DNA of 64,000 bases, taken from Haliotis cracherodii (Eukaryota). The number at the start of each line of letters is the position of its first letter. The stretch's first letter is position 1. A program made the translations under genes and the position numbers. The stretch is taken from the NCBI RefSeq assembly GCF_022045235.1, contig NW_027266341.1:12524001-12588000 (forward strand). The letters run 5' to 3'. The notes beneath the pieces are model-generated. The model was not told the origin of the DNA and did no database searches. It worked only from the letters and a program-made list of their open reading frames with translations. This document shows positions 1 to 12,686 of this stretch, in pieces.

Positions 1-834
1 AGGCTTGCCGAGGATTTTTGCCACTTTTATCAACGAGTGTTGATATATTCGATATCAAAAGACACAAGGGTGAGATTTTATTTATCATCCAACATCATTC
101 TTCCAACTTTTTCAATTTGTAGAAAGTAATTAGCAGTGTCTTCAGTGTAAAAAGTACAACTAACAGCTTCAGTAGCAGAGCCATTAGTGATGTCATCTGA
201 TTGTGACGTCATGGTAACCAGTGACGTCACAATGGTCTGCAAAGCATTGTGATGTACTTTCATTGCAGCGATATCTACAGTGTTGATCTCATCCAAGCGA
301 TACCTCCTCTGGGAGCCAGTTTTGGATGATAAACATAGTGGTCACACACCTATACTCCCTTCAGTAACTATATCCTGCAGTGTAATGTCGCGGCGGAGAT
401 CCCCTAGCCTAATTGTTAAACAGTTCGCTCTGACCCAGTGTCAACTTAGCCACAGTGTTGGTGTCCCCCGCTAAGTTATGGTGGAACACTCTGTATGGTA
501 ATGCTTACTCACACATTCACTCACTCACTCACTTGAAAGTGACAAAACGCTTTCCAGTTTCACAAGAAATCCTTTCGCTCGGTCAGATACCATAGAAAGT
601 CCACTCGCTTTGTAAAAACTGGTATTTAACGAGAATGAGTGTAGTATTCTCTATATTCATAACGTGTTCGCGTTAATGTGCAGTGGATATTGCCGTGTTA
701 CCTCCCTCGCGCACCCCAGGGAAACTGCCATCTCCATGCCGTGCTCTCGTGGATGTTACCTTGACCTCCTACATGTACGCCCCACGGTTACTGCCCTATA
801 AAAACTCCCTTGTCACGTTACGTTAAGTGAGTGA

Positions 835-1106
835 GTGAGTTGGGTTTAACGCCGCTTTTAACAGCATTTCGGTAATATCAAGGCGTGTCAGCTTAATGTG
901 GGAGGAAAGCCCGAAGTGATGCAGGTCTCAGACGTTTACCATTTCGGTGAAACCCACGAGCACGGGGATGGTGCTGACAAACCTAGAAACATAATCAGGG
1001 TGAACCGGGATTCGAATCCACAATCATAGGTTTCTGGGGTGCCCAAGGGACGCAACTCTGCACAGCGAATCTGGGCGCCTTAGACAACTGGGCCACCCGT
1101 GCCCCC
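835..1106 (-). mobile_element. tRNA(Leu)-like SINE (family L), full length
   Basis: Head GGGGCACGGGTGGCCCAGTTGTCTAAGGCGCC, B-box-like GATTCGAATCC, (TCAC)n tail, imperfect TSD cgtta(a/g)gtgagtga. Sits at the tail of an older family-D SINE (about 1110-1240). Confidence 0.85.
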
Positions 1107-1319
1107 GTTAGGTGAGTGATTGACTATTTCTCTACGTATGTCACCACAAACGGGCTTCACACATTGTACCCATTTGGGAAATCAAACCAGCGTCATCGTC
1201 GTGGCTAACCAACGGTTAAACCACTTGGTTGCACCACAGCACCGAGAATACACACAGCGGAAAACGACGGGAGACAGACAACTGAATCAGAACCTGCCTC
1301 TACACTCGATCAAGTTGGT

Positions 1320-2050
1320 CATGTCTAACATCTGTCACATCTGTATCATCTGGCTCAGGTGTACCATCTGGTTTATGTGTAACATCTGGGACATGTGTAT
1401 CATCTGGTTTATCTGTATCATCTGGATCCTGTGTAACATCTGGGCCCTGTGTATCATCTGGTTCATATGTACTATCTGGATCCTGTATAACATCTGGATC
1501 CTGTGTAACATCTGGTTCATATGTACTATCTAGGGCATGTGTACCATCTGGGCCCTGTGTATCATCTGGTTCATATGTACTATCTGGATCATGTGTACCA
1601 TCTGGGCCCTGTGTATCATCTGGTTTATATGTACTATCTGAATCATGTGTACTATCTGGGTCCTGTGTATCATCTGGGTCCTGTGTACTATCTGGATCCT
1701 GTGTAACATCTGGGGCATGTGTATCATCTGGTTCATGTGTACTATCTGGGGCATGTGTACCGTCAGGGTCCTGTGTATCATCTGGGTCCTGTGTACTATC
1801 TGGATCCTGTGTAACATCTGGGGCATGTGTATCATCTGGTTCATGTGTACTATCTGGAACATGTGTATCATCTGGTTTATCTGTATCATCTGAATCCTGT
1901 GTAACATCTGGGCCCTGTGTATCATCTGGTTCATATGTACTATCTTGCTCATGTGTACCATCTGGGCCATGTGTATCATCTGGGTCATGTATACCATCTG
2001 GCTCATGTATACCATCTGGCTCATGTGAATCATCCTGGTCATGTGTGCCA
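1320..2050. repeat. 18-bp minisatellite (tgtgtatcatctggnnca variants), about 40 units
   Basis: Direct periodicity; produces the repetitive ORFs in several frames. Confidence 0.9.
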
Positions 2051-2528
2051 TCATAAACAATTTCAACGAAAAACATTTCAGAATTGAGTATCCTCGTCAA
2101 CAAGTGTCAAATATATTTACATTTTTTAAAATGTTTCCTTTCAGTTGTAAAAATATTTCGTGTTTGGGAGGAAATATATTTTATAGACAAAACTACTAGC
2201 CACATGTTGATTGTTTATTTTGCTATTGGTATATAACCTACATAACACAATTCGTGTGCAAAAGAAGGATAGATAATTTCAATATGTCCCATAAAAAACC
2301 TAAAGGAAAATTGTGTTTGGACGGTTAAAAATATAAAAAGTAAGATGGAAATAATACAATCATGCAAAACACAACTTTTAGACGGAAAAAATTATGATGA
2401 AGAAGTTACTCTAATGTGTATAATATATCATCATTTTTAACATATTCAGGCCATGCACGTTCTTATGAATTATAAGAGTTTTATATAGGAAATAGGAACT
2501 CTACTGAGAAGGTGCTTAAGATGAGGAG

Positions 2529-5500
2529 TCACATGTGCACGATATGCCCTTCCCTGGACGTTTGAAGGACGTGAACCTGGGTGCTGGGCCTGTTGCAGGC
2601 CTTGATGACGAATACGATGATGCCAACAAAGATGCAGAAGCCAATGATCCCTCCCACAGATCCGGCAGTGACACCAGTAATCGAAACGCTGGTTTTGGCT
2701 CTGGAGACAATACAATGGAACTGTTAGACATTGTCGATCTACAGAAATTGCAAGAATGTATTGTTCTATTGTTTACAATCGGACAAAGGTTTAACATTGG
2801 AATTGTTGAAGGGAAGGTATAATGAGGGCCCTTCTGTCAACACTTTGTTCTAACTTGGTATTATAAGTTGTAGTAGTATCACGAAGGGTACATGTGGATT
2901 TATGTGTCCCGCGTTAGGTTTAATATCACGAGCCGGAGGCTAGCAGTATAAACCAAACAAAGGACATATAAATTTAAATGTAGTCCGTGATAATGGTACA
3001 ACGAATTATCTTACCCCACAAATTCAAAATTGATAGACAATAGCTGTTCGATTGAGCTGAGGTCAACTCGTTCTTTGTCACGTGACTTTCGCTGACTCGG
3101 AAAAAGCGTGCGGCTTTTTGCTTTGAAGTGGGGTATAAGGGATTTATTCTCCCTCTACGTGCACCCTGTCTTGTTCGTGGCGGGGTATTAGGGATTTGTT
3201 CTTCCGCTGAGAATGTTTTGCCCTCCAAGGCGGGATACATATTAGCATTTTACCAAGATCACGTGAACTAATCCGATCTCATCATTCTAACATGGAGGTA
3301 TGATAATGACATTTATATTTCACGACCCCCTACTAGTATACTAGAGTATAGCGTCCGCCCGGAAAGCAGAAGGTCAAGGGTTCGATCACCGGCCGCGTCT
3401 TACCAAAAGACGTTAAAAGATGGTACTTGTTGTTGCCCTGTCTGGCGCTCGGCATAAAGGGGCTAAAACAAGGACTGGTCGGCTCGGAGTCAGTATACTG
3501 TGTTAGAGTGGGGTATTTATGTTAAATGCGGCATGGTATCTCAGTGTGCTAGCACTATAAATCGGCATCAATCCGGACAAGCACAAGCAGCCACACAAAC
3601 ACACACACGTACATGCACGTCGCTATATAAGTGCAATAACCTTGGACACGACGTTAAACCCCATTTTTCCTCGGGCATCTTCATTCATACCAGACGGAAA
3701 ATATGAATTGGAAACATCGTTCAGAAACGACAATAATTCAAAAGAGTTTCAAGTCACTCACGTGCAGCATTTAGCTGTGTACAAGCTTCCACAGCAGTAA
3801 CCAGAGCAATAGTAGGTTTTGTAGTAGGAACTGTAAGTACTGTAATATCTTTTACAGTACTGTCCGGCATAGACGCCTGTAACATGATCATACCATATAG
3901 GTAACATAACATACTCAACATATTACACGTTACACAGCAACATTGTGATACTGTGTTGTGACAAGTTACAGGTTGAACAATGACATTGTGGCAATGTGTG
4001 GATAATATATTACAGGTAGCACAGTTACAGTGTGTCGGTAACATATTATAAGTATCACAGTTACAGTGTGTCGGTAACATATTATAGGTAGCACAGTTAC
4101 AATGTGTCGGTAACATAGTACTGATAACATAGTGACACTGTGGCATTGTGTAGATAACGTATTATAAATAGTATAGTAATACTGTGACACTATGTCGGTA
4201 ACATAAACAGGTAGCACAGTAACATTGTGACATTATGTAGGTAACATGTTACAGATAACGCTGTAACAGATAACATCACAGTGATGACGTGAGTCATTAA
4301 TAAAATTTGTATCTTTAATTGTGAAAATACATTGATTACGTTACGTTGATCAGAAGCGTAACCACTCATGTTTTTCTGTGGAAGAGATATAACCAGCATT
4401 GCACCTGGGACCTGACATTTATAAAGTCGTGTATATTGAATGTTATACAGAAGACTGAGGTACATGTATATAGAGAAGAAACTGGTGAATACATATAACA
4501 ACGGAAAAAGCAGGTGTTGTTTAATATTCGTGATTTGATAAAACGCTGTCGCCCTCGTGTGTCCAACACAGACCGAAGTTCTGCATTTCACGAGATTTCC
4601 ACTTTCCATTTTCATCAATTATCCATAGCTCTTTTCAAGTAGTTTATAGGGATGGCTAGAAAAGGCTGAGCCTACGAAGTATCATGTATAGTATACAGCC
4701 TTATAGATGTGGGCAGCTCAGTTCAAAATCTAAAAGATTTTCAACTACCAACACTTTGGAAAATGTTGATAAATTATATTACTTCCGTGCATGATTATGG
4801 GTGATCGACAACTCACAATACGTCACACAGTCAATACACTTCTGAGAAATGAACTGGGCACGACAAAGGTTTAAGCAAGCTGGGATCCAAGACTCCTGAT
4901 CAGAAACGTTCCAGGTTCATCATCTCTCGTGAGAATGTACGCCGTCGTTTTGAAGCAGACCCAGCTGAGCTTGTTGATTTGTAACCATTTGTATCCATTG
5001 ATGAGTCTCGGGTTCACCACCATCAGCCAGAGACCAAACAACAGCCAAAGCAGCGGAAACATCCAACGTCTTTTCTTCCTCAAAATGGCAAAGTCTGTTC
5101 CACTCCGAAAGGCCATGCTGAATTTATGCTAATATGCTTTGACAACTGCGTAAGAATACATAAGGATAATACGTGGTGGAAACACGCATGAAAGGTCGGT
5201 TGTTCAACCGTGTATAAAGTTTATGTCACCATGGCACCAATGCATGGCCGTGGTTGTGGCTTTGAACACATTGAACAAACTCCGTATTCACCAGATTTGC
5301 ACCTCGGGCTTCCGCCTCTTCCCAAACTAGAAGAAAGAACTGCCTGGCAAACATTATACACATGATTGCAAAGTCATTTCTGTGGAGGATTGTTTACCTC
5401 ACCAGGAGGAAGCCTTCTACACCATTGGGATTCACTCCTGTATCGTTGACAGAAGTGTGTGGACTCCGGAGGGGATTATGTTAAAATATAGTCATAAAAT

Positions 5501-6128
5501 AGCACCAGTTAAGCAGCAAGGCTCAGAACTTTTCAACCTCTTGTAACTTAAATATATTCAGGCCCATATTGGTAAAATACGAAAACCTCAATATATGTCA
5601 CTTATGGGATAAACGGTGTGTATAATTTTAATTTGCGCCTGTTGTTGAGTATTTGATACCTGGAAATGCCATTTGGAAACCATCTCGTCGAACAGACATA
5701 TGTCGACATTGTGAGATGCTACAAAAGTATCGTAGCGGCATTGCTAAGGTAATACAATCCCGTGACAAACTAAACCCACAACAAACATCTTATGATAACT
5801 GTTGATCAATATAATGAATAATCCATAATGAAAGCGAAAACCATTTCTCAAAGACGAATGCCAATTTGCTCAAAATCGGTAATGATAACATTTATACTTT
5901 TATATCATGAATATTAGTGATCGGTTGTGACAAAACATATACTTATTAAGAAAATGAAACATTCACAAGATTACTGGATTTCCAATCCCATTTAAAGCCC
6001 TTTTCAACAAATCAGATTGAGCCACACACACTCCTTTATTATACAATGCGTTATACCGGGAGTTTTTAACTCTTACCTTGGAAGCTAATGGTCAGCAACA
6101 GCATCCAGGTTAGCATCATGCTCGTCAT
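2529..6128 (-). CDS. Cys/Tyr-rich single-pass membrane protein, CYYR1/Shisa-like (3 exons: 6128-6077, 3876-3762, 2700-2529; 112 aa)
   Basis: GT-AG junctions with matching phases (1, then 2) give MTSMMLTWMLLLTISFQGVYA (signal peptide) GQYCKRYYSTYSSYYKTYYCSGYCCGSLYTAKCC (6-Cys Tyr-rich ectodomain) TAKTSVSITGVTAGSVGGIIGFCIFVGIIVFVI (TM) KACNRPSTQVHVLQTSREGHIVHM*. Not in the ORF track. Confidence 0.88.
2868..3310. mobile_element. Non-autonomous element with a long terminal palindrome (Crypton-like architecture, tentative)
   Basis: About 135-bp imperfect hairpin at 2868-3002 centred on cgagccggaggctag. Confidence 0.45.
3325..3663 (+). mobile_element. tRNA-derived SINE with Meta-type central domain (intron 2 of the CYYR1-like gene)
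   Basis: B box GGTTCGATC, then ccaaaagacgttaaaagatggtacttgttg...ggcgctcggcat...gactggtcggctcggagtcag...gctagcactataaa, resembling molluscan MetaSINEs (from memory); shared 3' stem-loop tail. Confidence 0.7.
3890..4290. repeat. Degenerate 36-bp tandem repeat
   Basis: gtagcacagttacagtgtgtcggtaacatattatag units, clearest at 4016-4115. Confidence 0.7.
4880..5545 (+). mobile_element. Degenerate mariner transposase relic (intron 1 of the CYYR1-like gene)
   Basis: Fragments SIDESRVHHHQPETKQQPKQRKHP, PYSPDL, FRLFPN*KKELPGKHY, QKCVDSGGDYVK with stops and frameshifts. Confidence 0.8.
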
Positions 6129-6242
6129 GTTGTGTTGGTAAATCTTCCAAGACCAAATGCAACCCAACTGGCAGTTTAACCAAACAGCAGGTATACTGGT
6201 GCCCTGATTCAAAGCATATACATGTACACTTGTAGCGGTTCA

Positions 6243-6357
6243 CAATGGAATCCTAGAAGAAACATTGTCGCATTGTCGCATTTTTTTACACTTTTTGCCT
6301 GTTGATGCCAGGGCGACACTGCAACAACGCGACAACGTCCCGTCTGGGGTTCCATAG
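6243..6357. mobile_element. Small hairpin MITE just upstream of the CYYR1-like gene
   Basis: Imperfect inverted ends caatggaatcctagaagaaacattgtcgc / gcgacaacgtcccgtctggggttccatag. Confidence 0.55.
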
Positions 6358-7892
6358 TTAAGGATTCAATGTAAATAAACTAGTTTTATGACGAACCGAT
6401 ACACCATGTACTTCGTCTTGGTGACAATGTTTTTCCAAGTTGTTTCTTTGTCTCATTAAATAGTATTATATTTCTACAATAATAAAAATTCATTTTGACA
6501 ATTGACAATTTATTGTTGTTACCCTATACAATGTAGGTATTAACCAACGTGTGGGGCTACTGATAATAGTGTCGAATTCTGTTTACCTGCAGCTGTGCCA
6601 CAACTTCGGGTCATATCTTAGGATGTACTCTATTCTACGGAGATATGCAATATAATGGTAGAGTGACCAGCCTAATAATAGGCGAAGTGTAACATAATAT
6701 TCGACCGATATATATTAGAGAGGTGGAGAGAAGGCAGTCAAAGATAAGGGAGGGGGAAGAGAGCTAGAGAGAAAGGGGGAGAAAGAAGAAGTAGAAGAAG
6801 AATGAGAAGGAGGTGGAGAGTAAGAATATGTTTTCATTTCAATGATATGTCAATTGTATATCAGAGCGAATAAAATAGTAGTAAGTATTATACCTACCGT
6901 ACGTCACACCCTGCTTGTTTAACAAGCAATAACTTCTTGTGTTTGAGCGATGACTTGACCAAGTGGAATCTAAGTACATATTGCCGAAACATTGCCCAAC
7001 CTGCATTAACACTGAATCGTAACATTAATGATTGCGTAGATGCAGCCTCACGGCATGCAATGGCAATAAGGGCACGACAAACATGTTTCACGAGTTAAAT
7101 ACTGGATTAAAACATGTACATTTAATTACACAAACATAAGCGGGAGGTCTGCCCAATGTTACACAAACACTGCAAATTAAAAAAACAGGAAGTATGACTG
7201 GCATATCATTAAGACAGACATGTTATCAGATTTATGCATGTAGTTTTCAAGACCAAAGTGATAGGTTGTGTTCTCTAAATACGCATTTGAAAACACGTGT
7301 CTCTCACTGCCCTTCTAGAAGTTGATACTAGTAAGGAATAATGAAACTATTATAACAGTTTCTGATTTACTTCACGTTGAGTTGAATGTTGGCGCGCGGA
7401 CAGCGTCCGCCAAAGGACATGGTAACACGAGTAATACTCAATTACAACGCCAGCGTCGTGGATATAAAACAATTAATGCCACGTTGTAACAGGAAGAACC
7501 AATACGTCCATTACGTGACTCCATGCTGGGACACGGGTAGCACTGTGAGTCAAGACGTAGCACAAGTTCTAGGATGCCTCCCCTGTTAAGATGCGGGTCT
7601 TCAGCCACCCGTACTTGTCGTAAGAGGCGGTTAACAGGATCGGTGCTCAGACTCGCTGACTTCGTTTATGTCATCGTATCTCAATGGGTAAACTCATGAT
7701 GTCAGTCACTCGATTGTTTGGTCCAGACTCAATTATTTACAGACCGACCTCATACAGCTGTACTATTACTGCGTGCAACGTTAAACAACACACACGCACA
7801 CGCATACACGCACACGTACACGCACACGCACACGCACACACAAAACTCAACTGCTTATGTATTTTATAGTATGGACATTTTATTCAAATTCA

Positions 7893-8059
7893 GGGGTGGT
7901 CGGGTAGCATAATGGTTCAAGCGTTCGCTCGTCACGCCGAAGACCCGGTTTTTGATTCCCGACATGAGTACAATGCGTGAAGCCCATTTCTGGTGTTCCC
8001 CGCCGTGATATTGCAGGAATATTGCTAAAGGCGGCGTAAAACCGTACTCACTCACTCAC
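7893..8059 (+). mobile_element. tRNA(Asp)-like SINE (family D)
   Basis: Head with cgctcGTCacgccgaagacccgg resembling the tRNA-Asp(GTC) anticodon and T arms; (TCAC)n tail; TSD tattcaaatt. Confidence 0.85.
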
Positions 8060-8390
8060 TATTCAAATTTCAAGAAACTTTATGCTTTTCATCATTAAAG
8101 ACCTCTCATTCTAGACATTTTATAGTCGACATGATGCGCAATGCTCGATGGTAACCTATGTCATGACCTTTACAATGAGTTTTCATACGCACTGGCACTA
8201 TAACTTGTAATGACATTGTGTGTGTGGAGGGTGCTGACGGTAAGGCAATACACCTGGTGTCCTGGTGTCATCCTTCAGTGTTCCATTCAGGTTTCAATAC
8301 AGTGTCGTTTTTACGCCCTACATTTTGGCAGATATTTGAGATTTTTGCCTGGCATCCTGACACGGGGATCGGTTGGACAGGCTGTGTACC

Positions 8391-9089
8391 TTGCCTAATT
8401 GTGCCCGAGGACGTGGTATGTTGACTTGCCTCATTGTGCCCGAGGGCGTGGTATGTTGATTTGCCTAATTGTGCCCGAGGGCGTGGTATGTTGATTTGCC
8501 CAATTGTGCCCGAGGGCGTGGTATGTTGACTTGCCTAATTGTGCCCGAGGACGTGGTATGTTGACTTGCCTAATTGTGCCCGAGGGCGTGGTATGTTGAT
8601 TTGCCTAATTGTGCCCGATGGCGTGGTATGTTGATTTGCCTAAGTGTGCCGAAGGCGTGGTATGATGATTTGCCTAATTGTGCCCGAGGGCGTGGTATGT
8701 TGATTTGCCTAATTGTGCCCGAGGGCGTGTTATGTTGACTTGCCTAATTGTGTCCGAGGGCGTGGTATGTTGACTTGCCTAATTGTGCCCGAGGGCGTGG
8801 TATGTTGACTTGCCTAATTGTGTCCGAGGGCGTGGTATGTTGACTTTCCTAATTGTGCCCGAGGGCGTGGTATGTTAACTTGCCTAATTGTGCCCGCGGG
8901 CGTGGTATGTTGATTTGCCTATTAGTGCACGAAGGCGTGGTATGTTGACTTGCCTAATTGTGCCCGAGGGCGTGGTATGTTGACTTGCCTAATTGTGCCC
9001 GAGGGCGTGGTATGTTGACTTGCCTAATTGTGCCCGAGGGCGTGGTATGTTGACTTGCCTAATTGTGCTCGAGGGCGTGGTATGTTGAT
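8391..9089. repeat. 35-bp minisatellite, 20 units
   Basis: ttgcctaattgtgcccgagggcgtggtatgttga(c/t), no spacers. Confidence 0.95.
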
Positions 9090-9654
9090 CATGCCACCTG
9101 AGCTGATTTGCCTAGTCAAGGCTCCATTATTTACGGGCTGCCTGTGATAAAACAATAAACTAAATTGTTCACAGGATGTCCTGATAAAAATCGGAAAGGA
9201 ATGTTTGGCTCGTTTGACAATAAACCCTATATTTCTTCCCTCTGTGTATTAGATAAGGTGCTGTAGTGTATGTATGGCTGTTATATACACACGACAAGCA
9301 AGGCACAGGTTTTTTTCGTGTTCCGTAACCTCAACGTTTATATCCTCCTTCAGTTTCATGTCACGACTGGCCCAGACTTCTAGCCTGCCTAGTTGCGCTC
9401 CTCCAGCGTGCCAGAATCCTGTAATTGTTGGTTAGAATCCCAAATTCAGCCTGATAATGATATTCAGTTTGTCAGCAACATAATACGTACGTTTATGTAA
9501 TTCTATGAATATTCTTAGGTATAACAAACTGTGATGTATTTATTTCACGTGGTATGTTAAATCTCTTTTGTGTAATATGTTAATGTCAAATAAGATGTAA
9601 TATAATGTCAGGTTTTAACGTATTGTTCTTAGTACTATTTACAGATTTAAAAAA

Positions 9655-10135
9655 TGCAGCAAAGAGGATTTGGGTGATCAGGCTTTGTTTGGCTCAAAAT
9701 CAGCTAGGGGCCCTTGTGCCCTCTACACGCACCCCAGACAGCGAATAGTCGAACCCAACAAGAATGTGTCGGTGAATGTGAGGACTTCCCACACTGCAGG
9801 CTTCTGCATTATCCAGATTGCCAGAAGGACTGTATTCCGGGCAGCAACCACGGGTACTCTTCCACAGTCTGTCAACAGATTGGGAGGTACCAAACATAAG
9901 GCACCAGGAACAATGGGCAGTCGGACATCTTGGCACTTGGGAAGCAAGCGTGACATTTCAAAATCGAGGTCCGCATATTTGCCATATTTTTCCTGAATCT
10001 TGTCAATCACATTAGTGTCAAAAGGGACAGAACATTCAATGATATAAATTATTTCATTGGGATTATCAGAAAGGACAAGATCAGGTGTGTTGGCCTAAAT
10101 AGGTATGAGGCTGTATACGGGCCTATACCAGTTTG
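9655..10135 (-). mobile_element. R4/Dong-type non-LTR retrotransposon 3' fragment (restriction-like endonuclease)
   Basis: IECSVPFDTNVIDKIQEKYGKYADL...LPIVPGAL...MQKPAV pattern plus a 3'UTR shared with the 18745 copy. Confidence 0.8.
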
Positions 10136-12049
10136 CATCATGCCACAACTGGATTCATAAAACACATTCGTATATAATTTCTCCATTAGAATATTAAACC
10201 AGAGAGTCCAATGGTTCCAACTCTTAATAAGAAAGTTATTGGTACTTCCACTGTGTACTATGTTCGGGTTTCGGAACACACTTCCTGCATTTGAACTTTG
10301 TATCAGAAACTCACATGGTTCTCGCTATTTCTGTAATTGAGTTGTTAGTACATACGTTTTGGATTACCAAGCTTCCGGTTCCAGAAAATACATCCTGCAT
10401 TATACCGGAAAGTTTCATGGGTTTAGTTCAGTTTGATGCGACTTATTTGGAACTTCCGGTTTAGACTGTTACTTCTCTTTTATTGTTAAAAAAAACATTT
10501 TACAAAATTCCTAAACAGCAGGACAAAAATGATTAAATTGGGACCTGTAATTTTTGTGGTATCTGGTGTTCAAATGTCCACATTCACACTGTACATTGGT
10601 ATGGCTCTTATTCGCGCATCACGCAAGTCCATACAAGTATTACCCCAGTCTACGGTTCGATGCCAAGGGTCAGTGTCATAGGGTGAAATATGAAAACGTC
10701 ACGGTCGGATAAGCTATGCATACGATCGTACTGTTATAACATACATTTGTATTTGCAAACTTATGTACAAGTTTTAAAACCATGTATTATATAAAGGACG
10801 AATTTGCATAATAATCTGCAGCAAAGGCTACAAGTAACAAACATAAAACAAGCGATATTGAGTATGCGGACCTTTGCAGTGTTCGGTATAAACATTTTTT
10901 AGTGAGTTTAATTTGTCATCGCGATAGCAATATTCCGTCAACACGTCGTTATTTCCATGTTGCGATTCATCTTTTTCAGTTTTCTCCACCGGCGCCATTC
11001 GTAATCACAAGCATGATTCCGTCATCCCGTACAGAAGAGCTATGAGCGGAACAAGACACAATCTATATTTCATTGGTCGATAATCTAACTGCAACCTCAC
11101 ATCATTTAAACATTTCCTTAGAGTAAATATTTATGAGTTACCCCCACCTCCCTCTCCAAGACCAGGGCTTGCCCTCATACGTGTACAAAAGTCACGAAGA
11201 CGTCAATGATCATCACAATATGCCATTGATGGCTGTAATGTTTGTTGACCTAGATTGACCGACACTCTTTCAGCCAATACCATGACGTAGCGGAATAGTT
11301 GACACAGAAATCTACCATCCATGGCGTGTCTGATCAGTGAATGGTCAATGTCCCGACGGAGATATTAACGCCCACTCATGCCACATGCTTATGGGCTATT
11401 CTAAAGAGAATCTATCATATATTCGGTTTAATAGTGTGTGTTCATTCAGTCATAAATGTACGAGAAGATCCTGAAAATGCTGTAGTTCGTATAAATACTT
11501 TCTAGGCTACATGTTCATGTATCTGCCCAGAGTACACACGGTAAGTACATTATCATGGAAAATGTTTCATGATGCTTGTATCGGTTTATCAATAATTATT
11601 TCTTGTTTTTACATGCAAAATCACACTTTATATTTGTTATTTTGCATAGGTCTTTAACCTCACGAATCTTTGTTAGTCATACTTCATAAGCATTCTGTTG
11701 TCATTCTTGGAATAACTTATCTAGCATCGTATTATAGCTTCATTTATACGCTTCCTTCGTAGTATAACCTAGTTAAAATATATTCAATATGGCCAGTAAT
11801 ACGTGCGAGTGGTAAAGACATTATTATATGAACTGTAAATAATGTTAAGATGTCTAATGTGTTTCATCAACCTAAAGTAAAAACATAATTTTACAGGATT
11901 AAATGTCTAAATCAACATCAAATCATGGCAAAATATACAGACCTACAGAATTGTACATTTATTTTTCTCATTCCTGTCGATCTGGAAACAAACTGTACAT
12001 GTCGAGTAAACAAGAACAGAATTGCATGTAATTCCCGTCTAACGAAATG

Positions 12050-12310
12050 GGAAGCAAGGGTGACCCAGTCGTCAAAGGCGCCGCAGATAGCTATGCTGAG
12101 TTCGTTTCAGAAACCTATGATCATTGGTTCGAATCCCGGTTCGCCCTGATTATGTTTCTAGGTTTTGCAGCACATCAAACGTTCTCGCTGGTTTCACCAA
12201 CGTGGTAAAGGTGTAAAACCAACATACCTCCGGGCTTCCCTCGCACAACACACTGACACGCTGTGATATGTGCAATGCTGTTCAAGGAGGCGTTAAATCC
12301 AACTCACTCT
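12050..12310 (+). mobile_element. Family L SINE, diverged
   Basis: GGTTCGAATCCCGGTTCGCCCTGATTATGTTTCTAGG core and ggcgttaaatccaactcact tail. Confidence 0.75.
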
Positions 12311-12321
12311 AACAAAGTTAA

Positions 12322-12570
12322 CCCTCGTGAAGATCCGGGTTAGAATTGGTCTCCGGCAACCCACGCTTGTCGTAAGAGACAACTTACAGGATCAGCTGGT
12401 CTGACTCGCCAGCTTGTGTATGCATGTAATGTATCCCAATTACGTTGTTCGATGATCATAATCTCTGTAACTTGTTTGTCTGGTCCAGAGTCGATTCTGT
12501 ACAGAGCGCCGTCATACTGTCGGAATATTGCTGAGTGTGGCGTTAAACACCAATCACAGAAACACACTAA
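12322..12570 (+). mobile_element. Family P SINE-like element (other copies near 7580-7790 and 43195-43370; 3' parts at 32030-32200 (-), 39150-39255, 54940-55040, 60490-60595)
   Basis: Colinear with 59021-59257; tail gctgagtgtggcgttaaacac. Confidence 0.75.
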
Positions 12571-12686
12571 TAAATATAACGTCGTCTCGCATATTGTACC
12601 ATGCGATAGATAGATAGAAAACGGACACTTCACGGTGAATTTTATGTTTTTGGGGTTTTTTTATTGAGAGACTCTCAGGTACAACT

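Noticed and set aside
78-296. 72-aa minus-strand ORF at the window start
   Set aside because: No recognisable motif or splice support; cannot be assigned.
539-816. Possible solo LTR (gtgacaa...ttgtcac with TATAAAA)
   Set aside because: Only 7-bp inverted ends, no TSD, no second copy or internal domain.
1120-2066. Cys/Ile/Trp-rich and Gln/Met/His-rich ORFs
   Set aside because: Alternative frames of the 18-bp minisatellite.
2470-2822. Three ORF-track ORFs over the TM exon
   Set aside because: The coding frame is a different minus-strand frame, defined by splice phase and a clear TM helix.
8391-9089. CRISPR-like array (35-bp repeats)
   Set aside because: Units are head-to-tail with no unique spacers, there are no cas genes, and the context is eukaryotic.
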